From the human T2T-CHM13v2.0 reference genome, Homo sapiens, in NCBI RefSeq assembly GCF_009914755.1, contig NC_060944.1: 64,000 nucleotides of DNA; one strand, given 5' to 3'. A model generated the notes under the pieces. It was not told the DNA's origin. It saw only the letters and a program-made list of their open reading frames with translations, and did not search any database. Each line of letters opens with the position of its first letter. Position 1 is the first letter of the stretch. Both the position numbers and the translations under genes were made by a program. Positions 52,603-64,000 of this stretch are shown here, one piece after another.

Positions 52603-54475
52603 CAGAGTCTGTTACTAAAAATAGATATTGGCGGATATAAGGTCCAAGGTTTGATCTTGTGATCCTGAGACACTCCTTTTTAATACTTAGGTTTAAAGAT
52701 GGATTTCCAAAAGATTAAGTTTAAAAAATGATTTTTAAAAATTCCGATAGAGTTACTACTCTATGTCTTCATTCGTATCACTTATAAGTTAATGCATGGT
52801 TTTCATGTGATCAGCGCATTTGCTTGGAGTGATTATATGAAAACCACACAGTGTAAGACCTTCAGGACACATAAGTATTTTATAGTTAACAGAAAGAAGT
52901 GCTGAATTAGGGGAAATGGTGATCTCACAGCTAAAGTGTTTAGATGCAAATAGTCTAATTTGGTAGAAATTTCTAAAAAGCAAAATGCAAAGATAAAGGA
53001 CAGTGGTTGTGGAAGAGAGTTAGGGGATCCTTAAAACTCTGGAATTGTGAAATGCCAGAGACAGAATGTCTCCTAGGCTAATGTAGGTGGTTCAGTTGTG
53101 GCCAGCAGGGTGGTTCTTTGTCTCTAAAGAATAAGTCAAGAGAAAGGGTGGGAGGATGGAGGGCACTCAGCACATGGGAGCTTAGAATAAATGAGAGTCA
53201 GGGTGACCAAAGCTGGAAGACAGTGTCTGGCAGCATTCAGGGTAGGGAAACATGAAGCCTGACATAAGGGAGAATTCCAGTCTCTGAAGAGCTGAAGTCT
53301 ATCGAGGGATACAGGCCAATACATTGGCAAAGCCACCCCCAGAGAGAGTGCATTAAAACACCACCACTTGCCAATGGTCCCATTGCATGCTCACCCACAG
53401 CCTCCTCATGCCTTATGCAGCTTCCCAAGAACATTAACACCGGTATAAAAGATCCAAGCAGCTAGATCTGCAGAAAACAACACCCTCTCTTTGAATTGTA
53501 AACTAATCAGCTAGTACTTGAGTTTTTCCATTAGTCTCTTGTGCATTTAGTTGAACCCTTTCCTTGGCTTCAAAAAACCCTGAACAAATTTGGTTTAAGA
53601 TGTATAAGGGACCTGGAATCAAAGTCTGAGAACCTAGGGTAAATTCTCCAAGCCAAGGTCCTGGCTCCATGTTTCTCTTAGAACTGAGAAGAGACTCACG
53701 TTTGTGAACCTGGGAATAGAATGATCTCAGGTGAGGGATGCACTCAGCCTAAAAAGATGAAGATTCTGTGTGGCTAAATGTTTAATGCTCATTCATGCAT
53801 GATTTGCGGTGGGATGGGATGGGAAGGCAACTAGAAATCTCAGCTCACAGAGTTTCAGGTGCCAGAAGAGCCAAATGAGGCTGGTAATTCCTTAGGCCTA
53901 ACGTCACTGTTACTGATTTCCAACCAGGAGGCTTTGGGCCAACCTGCCCTCCCCATCCCAAGATGGGGTGTGCCACCTCACAACACCCTCAAAGATGTCC
54001 CTCTGAATCTGAGAGGATATCCCATGAGCTACTCAAACTAGATGGAGGGAAGAAGCTAAAATTTATCTTTTTCTTTTCTGGCACCATGTCCCAGGACCAC
54101 TGATGGGCCACAGGTGACAGGCAAGCTCCTGGTCACAAGGATGCAAGCATGAGGGTAAAGGGGCAGGTACAGCTGGTGAGGGCATCAGCCCAGTGGAGTC
54201 ATTGACCAGGAGTGTATCTTCTGATAAAATAAGTTTCAACTCAAAAACTCTGTTTGAATACAACATAAGTCAGTGTGGCTTTTTATGTTGTTTGCTTGCT
54301 TTTATCCATGCCTGAGAAAATGGAGTCAGGTATTGTACCAATCAAGATACCAATCATCAATGTGCCAAATGCCATGTGAGTTTTGGGGTGACTTCATTCA
54401 CCAGCAGTGTCCTAACCACAAATCTATGTTAGAAAAATTTTAGGATAAACTTGATAGTAATGGCTGCTTGAAGAT

Positions 54476-55181
<706 letters not shown>

Positions 55182-56362
55182 CCTATATCTCCTTGGCCCA
55201 CCTAAAGGTTATCTGTAGGCAGTTTCCATGCATGCCAAAGGCCATTCTATCACTCTGCCCAGCTGCAGAAAAGCCCCAGACCTCGTGTGGAGCAGGCCAC
55301 AGGTGATAGGGCATCAGTGCCCTAGGGCCACCCTCTCCTGAGGAGAAATGGGATGGAGAGCTGGTAGACGGATAGCTCAGCTTCCTCACCTCCTGCTTGG
55401 GACAATTTGAAGATGTTCCACCCGCTCTCTTGAAGGGTCCCCAGTGGGATGGAGCCCCAGCTGCTCACAGTGGTGGCCACCTCATTAATGCCCCCTGCGT
55501 GGACACATCCATTCCCCATCTCATGCCTCCTCTTTCTCCAGTCAGGAGACAGAAACCATACCAGTGGTTTTAACAGAGAGAATTTAATACAAAGTACCAT
55601 ACAATTAGTATAATGAATTGTTACCTAGTTAATTCAAAAAGCAAAAGAAAACACAAGAATCACATGGACCAAAAAGTCCAACATTTGTGGGAGTGGGGGG
55701 CTCACACAATGAAGATGCCCTCCTGGCTCGGGCAGGATCCTAAGGCATCCGTGGCACCCCAGCCTGCCTTACCCACCCACAGTGCCCGGAAGTGGAGCAC
55801 AAGTGCACGTGTTAGGACCTGAAAGATGGGGAGTTAAGACCTGGCAGAGTGAAGCCAGAGGAAGCTCAGGTGGAGGTCTGTAGTGGTCCCAATGTGCAAA
55901 TCAGTCATCTGACTTGGGTACAGGTGCATGAGGCCAAAAGATTAGAGAAACCACCCAGCAGCTGGTTCATGCCAAGATTTCCCTCAGGACCACTGGCACT
56001 CTCTCAAGGAAACCCATGCAGATTTTTTCTTGTAAAACCAACGCTTACAGTCTTTAGGGAGAAGCCCAGCGGGTGGTATGGCGCTGGTTATGGAATACAA
56101 GTGCCTAGTGGGCCACTTCTTGTCAGCAGACCTTCAAGAAGCAGCTAGCTACCACCTAAGAGGAGAGGTTGGAATTAATACAACTTGGAAGTCTCAGAGG
56201 TGGGAGTGTGCTGGGACCCAGACCAAGGAGGGGCATCAGCAGGCTAGTGCAGGTATCTCTGCAGAGACTGCGATGAGGCTGGTCCTGCAAATGCTGGGAA
56301 AATGGAGAACTGGACTCAGCTGCTGCTACAGGAAGGAACTGCCACTGCCAGGGTGAAGAAGC

Positions 56363-56725
56363 TGTCTCAGTCCATTTGGGCTGCTGTAACAGAATGTCAT
56401 AGACTGGGTACCTTATAAACAACACAAATTTATTTCTCACTCTTCTGGAGGCTGGGGGATCTAAGATCAAGGTGCCAGCAAATTCAGCGTCTGGCAAAGG
56501 CCCACTTCCTGGTTCATAGATGGCACCTCCTCACTCCGAACTCACATGCTAGAAGGGATGAGGGGGTCTCTAAGGTCTCTTTCATAAGGGCACTAATCTG
56601 GTTCATGAGGGCTCTGCCCTATGACCTAATCACCTCCCAAAGGCCCCACTTCCTAATACCTTCACCTTGGGGTAAGGCCTTCAACATATGAATTTGCAAG
56701 GGACATAAACATTCAGACCACAGAA
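56363..56725 (-). mobile_element. MaLR solo LTR (MLT1A/MST-like), apparently nested in an older LTR
   Basis: tgtctcagtccatttgggctgctgtaacag...tttatttctcac..ttctggaggctggg...aacatatgaattt...aaacattcagacca. Confidence 0.8.
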
Positions 56726-57491
56726 GGATTGCTGGGGTGGTGTGGACAAGAGCAGAAAGCAAACAAAAGCCAGCGAGTGCCTTCTTCCTCCTCCAGACTT
56801 TCAGCCTTCCCCCAGCTCCCCTCTAACAGCACCTCCCAGGGAGCAGCTGGCTAAGCAGGACCTGGCTGCAGAGTCCCAGCCCCAGCATCACTGGGTAGAG
56901 AGGGGCAGGTTTGAAGCAAGAGACAGGAGCTTACTATCCTTCCTGCGACACCACCCTAACAAACCGCCTGCACCCAAGACCTTTCTCCGGGTCTGCTTTG
57001 GGGGACAACCCAACTTCATCCAAACCTCCTTATCTGTTGATACCTAACCTTATTACTTAGCAGTTATCTTTGGGGTTACAAGCAAAGAAAACCAACTCTA
57101 ACTAGCGAAAACAAGTAAGCAGTATGTCAAAAACATGTGGTGTAGCCCTCAGGCCTGAAGAACCAGCCAACACCATCCTAGAAAAAAGACAGTGATTGGA
57201 GCAAGGCTGGGGACCCGGAAACACAGCAAGGATTGGCAGGCAACCTTGCCGGGGTCTCAGGCGGCAAGTGCCAGCACCTGCAGCCTGCGCTATACTGGAC
57301 TCAGATTTCTAATTTCATTGAGGGTGAATCTGATTGGGCTGGTCCGGGTCACTGGCCCACCCTGAGGCCAGAGGAAGGCAGAATATCTTGATACATTAGG
57401 GTTGTATCCAGTGTGGGAGGAGCGGCTACTCAATACAAAATCAGGGCTGTCACCTGAGGGACGGGAGGTAGGAGTGGCAGATGTTAGTCTG

Positions 57492-57960
57492 CTGTCTCAG
57501 GTTGGGTCCTCCAGAAGGCAACCCTGAGACAAGGAGTGAAGGGCAAGTCATTTATGTGAAAGGAAGCATCTATATCTTGAGAAGGAAAGTGAGACACGAA
57601 AAGGAGGAGGCCAATACCGGAGGCACTGATCAGTGCATTTCTTCACAGGCATCTGAGGCTCAAACCCACTGGGGAGCTCCAAGAGACTATGTAGAATATG
57701 CCTAAAAGTTACCCTAACAGCAGAGTGAGAGGGCTGGGGAAGAGACCTGCTCCTCCAGGTCCCGTCCACCCTTGATTGAGGGCTGCTCCCGGGAGCATGA
57801 ACTCCCCAGGACAACCAATCTGCCCAGGTATGGACCAAGCATGTGCCTGTGGCCACAGGAAACTCTAAGGCAGAGTCGCACACGCCTGCCGCGAGAAGCT
57901 GGAGTGCGGTGAGACTTGGGGGATCTGGCGAGACACCCTGGGTGGCTGATACAACAGCAG
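57492..57960 (-). mobile_element. ERVL-class solo LTR (LTR16/LTR33-like)
   Basis: tgtctcaggttgggtcctccagaaggcaaccctgagacaagga...caagtcatttat. Confidence 0.55.
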
Positions 57961-58096
57961 TGACGGGTCACTGACTCAAGTGCTGGGAAGATGAGTGGGG
58001 CAGGGGCTACCACACAGCTGCTGTATGGAGCAGGCACTCTGGGAGAGTCTTGCTCCCAACAGACCCAAAGCTGCCTCAGGGAAGAGGAGACCGAGG

Positions 58097-58162
58097 CCCT
58101 GCATGGATGCTGTCGGGACCCTGCATGGATGCTGTCGGGACCCTGCATGGATGCTGTCGGGA
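58097..58162. repeat. Perfect 22-bp tandem repeat x3
   Basis: ccctgcatggatgctgtcggga three times. Confidence 0.95.
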
Positions 58163-58479
58163 GGCCTGCTCTGACTCCATGTTACTAACAAGAAACTCTT
58201 TATGAAACCAAAGATTTCGTGCGTGTTTCAGGACCCTGGGGAGAGAGAAAGCCCAGAAATGAACCCATTCTGCAGCTCTACAGAAGAAAACAGAACTAGA
58301 TTGGGACAGTGGACTGTCAAGAAAATGAGCAAGTGAGTCAAATCCCTGGGACCCTTGCACAGTCAGAGCCCAACTAGGCTCTAAAGCGTGCACTGCAGCC
58401 AGCCCTGCATTTCACAGTATGGGCTCAACCTTCAGGCTGAGGTGCACCTGCCAGGAAATGGTGCTTACCTGGTCCCTGC

Positions 58480-58920
58480 CTCCCACCCTCACCTCACCTC
58501 CTTCCATTGTCCCCCTGCAGTCCCCTTTATGTCTCCTTGAACAGGCCGAGTTCACTCCTGCCCCAGGGCCTTTACACTTGCAGCTCTCTCTGCCTGAAAT
58601 GCTCTACCCTCAGCTCTGTATGTGATATACCCCATGTTGTCATTCAGGTCCCACATCACCCCTTCACAGGGTCTTCCCTTACCACCCAATCCAAACTAGA
58701 CCCCCAGTCATTCTAGCAGGTCACGCTAGTTGAGTCCCTTCATGGTAGAGTCTCTGACTTTCTCTTCGCTACCCGCTTGCATGGCGTTTCCTTCCTCCCC
58801 CACTAGAACATCACATCTGTGAGAGCAGGACCACGTCCCACTGTTCCTTGCTGTCTCCCAGTGACCAGGACCATGCCTGGCACAGAACAGATCCCAATCC
58901 ATTTTTCTTGACTGATTGAA
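58480..58920 (+). mobile_element. L2 3' fragment
   Basis: ctcctgccccagggcctttacacttgc...ccactagaac...gtgagagcagg...cagtgaccaggaccatgcctggcacag. Confidence 0.65.
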
Positions 58921-59904
58921 TATAATATAAAAATGACCTTTCTTTCTAAAGCAATACCCCCTGCCTTTTAAAATAATATAAACTGAACACATAGTTCAGA
59001 AAATAAAAAGACCCAAGGAGGAAAAGAAAGGCTTTGCAGTGGCTGTTGAAGCTGAAGATAATAGACACACAGGCCCAAAGCCTAGTACATCCTGGGCTCC
59101 AGCTAATGGTTTCTATCATTCTCCCTTAAGCTTTTAAGTTATAAATATTTCAAAACTCAGTGGAATGGGTTCCCCATTCATCTTTTAGAAAAAACAACAA
59201 AAGCCTAATTCTTTCTTGAAATCCAAACCTCAAATGAATTTGGAACAAGATTGTTTCAAGCTCTAAATAGAAAGGAAAGGTGACTCCATTTAGTATTATA
59301 TTATTTGTAACCAAGAAATAACAGAATGTAATTTGTGACTCTGTCAATTTCCTCTAATAATGTGTAGTTGTCTCACCAGATGCTTTTTGTAGGCCGATAC
59401 TATAACCCATTTAAACACATTTACTCAGCTCCCTTAATGTACTTTGGTGAAGCTACACAGGGAAGGAGACTTTTTTTAATTGGCATAACTTATTTTTGGA
59501 CTGTGAGTACAAAGATAGATACTGGAGGGCAACATAGACATTTGTGTAAAGATTCTGGTTTTGAGTAATTTCTGTGTTTTAGGATGTGACACAGTAAGTA
59601 CCTGTGTGCATGTGTGTGTGTGCACACGCAAGATCATGCACACTCACATGGCCACTGCTATATTATGGTAATTGAGAGCATTGAGAAGTCTGAAAAATCG
59701 CCCCTTAATGGCACAGCACACTGTCAGGCACATAGTACATGTTCAATAAATGCTTGCTGGACTAATTAACTCACTTCTAAACAAGGAACTTACACAGTGA
59801 CACTTCACCTTGCTTCTTGAAACCTGACCTAGGTTGCAATCTCTGAGTGAGAAAATTTTAAGTATCTCATACTAAGTACATTTGGTACCCATATGGTGGC
59901 AGAT

Positions 59905-60300
59905 GACACTGGTGCACTGCCTATGACCCCTTGACCCTTAGTACTTCCTTGTATTTCCAGGCCTGACTTCCAAATGCCAGCACCTAGACATCTTTGCCTG
60001 AGAGCTTTCTTGGCCCCCAGAGAGCACACCTCCCACTGACTGCCAGGAGCTGGAGGATTAATACCCCAGCTCCCTCACCCCTCAGGGAGGCTGACTCTGA
60101 GGCACGTGATCTATGCTGTCTGCCAGAGCTCCTCAGTGGCCCCTGGTGTGAGCTGATTTGGTGGTAACGTCCTCCTTATTGGTTCCCTTCTCTTCCCTGC
60201 CTTCTCCACTCTCCTACTTGTGCATCCTAAATTCATCTTCCAATGAAACTTCGCATTCTCTGCTTTGGGATCAGCTTCTGGGGGAATCCACATTAAGAGA
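59905..60300 (+). mobile_element. ERVL-class solo LTR (LTR16-like)
   Basis: ccagctccctcaccc...ctctgaggcacgtg...cagagctcctcagtgg...gatcagcttctgggggaatc. Confidence 0.55.
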
Positions 60301-60574
60301 GATGCCTTTAATAATTTCATCTCTAGCAAAACACTCATCCACATAAGCACACACTTGTGCTTGAAATGGAATGAAGATGAGCCGATGTCATCAACCAGCA
60401 TGTTTCTGTGTGAAATCCAGATGCTATCTGAGTCTCTAACGAGACTTATGAACCAGGATGAAGAGCATGTCTCTTTCCTAAATGAGGACGGTATGGTGGC
60501 CATTTAACAGAGCATCCCTGTCCTCATGAAGCTGACCCACCTACATTCCCAAGGTCCCTATTAATTAGACAAAG

Positions 60575-60747
60575 GATGTGCAAGCAAAGAAAACATTTTA
60601 ATGAAGGCTTCGTTGGCAATGCCAGATGGGTCAACTATGGTCTAATCCAAACAGGAACCCTCACCCTTTTATCATTTGCTCTAAAATATCAAAGCATTAC
60701 CCCTACAGTGGCCCCAAATACATTTTATCCCATCAAGCCTGGGCATT
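60575..60747 (-). other. BFSP1: BFSP1 3' UTR (end approximate)
   Basis: Follows the TAA stop; ATTAAA about 150 nt downstream. Confidence 0.65.
60597..60602 (-). terminator. BFSP1 polyadenylation signal (ATTAAA)
   Basis: tttaat on the + strand, ~150 nt past the stop codon. Confidence 0.65.
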
Positions 60748-61740
<993 letters not shown>

Positions 61741-63504
61741 TCACTGAGAGAGAAAGAAAATACGCTGGTTGGAAAATAGGCTAACTCTCTCGGAAACAAA
61801 CGCCTATAGTACTAGGGTGGGGCTTCCTTCATCTGGAGCAGAAGCAATGGAAGAAAGGCCCTGGCTTTGTTGCTCCATGGCCCAGGCTGAGGTCCAGCTG
61901 GGCGACTCTGGACAAGTCACTGGATGCCTTTGGGCTTCCAGAGGGAAGGTGCTCCCTGTTCTGACACCCACAGTTCACCACCACACCAGGCAGAACCTAC
62001 CAAGGTATGCAAGGCCATTGTCCTGACACTCAATGGGAGCCCTAGCCCCTGTTCCCACTGCAGCCCCACTGAGCTCACAGCAGACACTTGGATCCATAGA
62101 AGCCCATTCCTCAAAGTTATTCTCTCCTCTGACTTCCTCAAAGGAGAGATGACAGAGCTACCTGGGGGCTTCTGACATGCTCAGATGGCCTTGGGCCTGG
62201 AGATGGAACCCGTTCACGGTGGATCTACCTCATTCCATATTTAGCTCAAGCTAGATAAATGTCACCCGGCTGTGATCAGCCTCCCCTTCCTCCCAGGCCA
62301 AGAGAAGAAGCGATGCTATGAAATTCAGAAATGACAGGAATCCCCTGCCCCAAGTCCACCCTCCTGCTTCCAGACTAGCTGAAAGGAAAAACTAAAAGTT
62401 GAAGAAAACACATAAAATTCTCACCTGGTATAATCTATGAGGCTTCCCGGCTCCACCCACATAGTGAATTTTGAACTTTTTCAGCCCAAAAGTCATCCCC
62501 TGCATCCCTTCCCACTGGTAACCACAGGGCAAGACCGATCAAGCACCGGCATCAAGCACGGCTGATTCACAATAAAAAGAGAGCCAGGTGAGCCGGCAAC
62601 AGCAGACATGGGTCACAAAGCCACAGGTGCAAGGGATGCAGAGAGGGACAGGGCACAGGAAAACTGCTGGGAACTGGTATGCGAGGAGGAGGTGCTTACA
62701 GGACTGCACAGAATCTCAGGGCCCAGTGCCAAAAAAACCCACAAGACCCCTTGTTCCAAATTATTAAGAACTTCAGAACAGCATTAGCAGAGCCTTCAGC
62801 CAAGCTGGGACCGTTCTGAGAGCAAGCCCCTGCAGGGCCGCTCGTCTGCAGACCTGGCCCTGGGCGTCCAGCTGCAAGGCTGTTCCCTTTCCAACCATGT
62901 TGACTCTGGAACACCATTTCCACAAAGCCCTCTGAGCTATCTGGAAATAAGGATTTCAAGGCCCTATATGCATGAGCATCCATATTACCACCTTCTCTTT
63001 TCTCCCCAAATGCTGCGCTTGTTCAGAACTGGGAGATTTCGATGTGAGGTGAGGTCTTACAGACCAAATGTTGAAGGCAGATGCCACATTTACCAGCCAA
63101 GCTGTTTCTGCCTGGTTTGAGGGAGGGGAGAATGAGAGATGACTGAGCAGCCACTCTGCACTGGACACCATGTTACACGCGTTGGCACAAACCCTTTGAT
63201 TCAATGTGGGGAGGCGGTGGGATGTGATCCAGTGTTCACTTACTGCCGAGCGGAGGGAGCAAGAAGTGAATATTGAGTTGTACTTTTTGCCCAATTAAAT
63301 GCCTTGTGTTGCAAAAGTTATTGCTGTCAAACCATAAAACAAATATAAAAATACAAAATAAATGCCTCACATTAGGGATGGCATGCCCAAGGTAGCCTAG
63401 CCCCCTAGTCGATTTTTCTCCTTATAAACTTCTCAGCTCAGTCACTTAGCAAGCCAGAGAGGGCAGAGGGTGGGAAGGAGTCCTCCTTCACATAAAAGCA
63501 TTTA

Positions 63505-63735
<231 letters not shown>

Positions 63736-64000
63736 TCAGGGGCAAGAGCGACTCTCGTTAATGTTGAGCAAAAATGAAAGAAAAGCTTTCTCTAGACCAA
63801 ATTGCTCACGAATTAGATATCATTTTAAACAGACAGCCATACACACATTTACATACTGGATGAGGACATAAAGGAAGTGATCATTTCTTTGAGCTCAAGA
63901 GTCATAAACTGTGAAACATACCTATAAAAAATTGTAAAGTGGGGATTGCTTATAACCTAAAAATGCCACTTTTCCATGAGACAGTGCCTTTTTTATTTTT

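Overview
Primate, almost certainly human, genomic DNA: the 3' half of PCSK2 (+ strand) and the last exon of the convergently transcribed BFSP1 (- strand), which I recall map to 20p12. Five PCSK2 coding exons (3404-3579, 20444-20659, 23050-23150, 32026-32253, 48286-48772) have GT-AG boundaries and splice in frame. They encode the C-terminal catalytic domain of prohormone convertase 2 (oxyanion Asp310, catalytic Ser384), the P domain and the C-terminal tail, followed by a 3' UTR of about 2.5 kb. The last PCSK2 intron holds an antisense, full-length processed pseudogene of DYNLT3 (5' UTR to poly(A), 14-bp TSD), a ~15-copy 54-bp higher-order minisatellite and a cluster of inverted Alus. The rest is typical mammalian interspersed repeat (Alu, L1, L2, MIR, MaLR/ERVL LTRs, hAT fossils); subfamily names are by-eye calls. 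I found no CRISPR array, rRNA or tRNA gene, and no novel multi-gene system. The most interesting unexplained structures are the minisatellite (units resemble long-spacer REST/RE1 sites), a template-switch fold-back inside an MLT1 LTR, and the retrocopy/MIR/AluY nest. Exon and residue numbers rely on recalled reference proteins; no database search was run.
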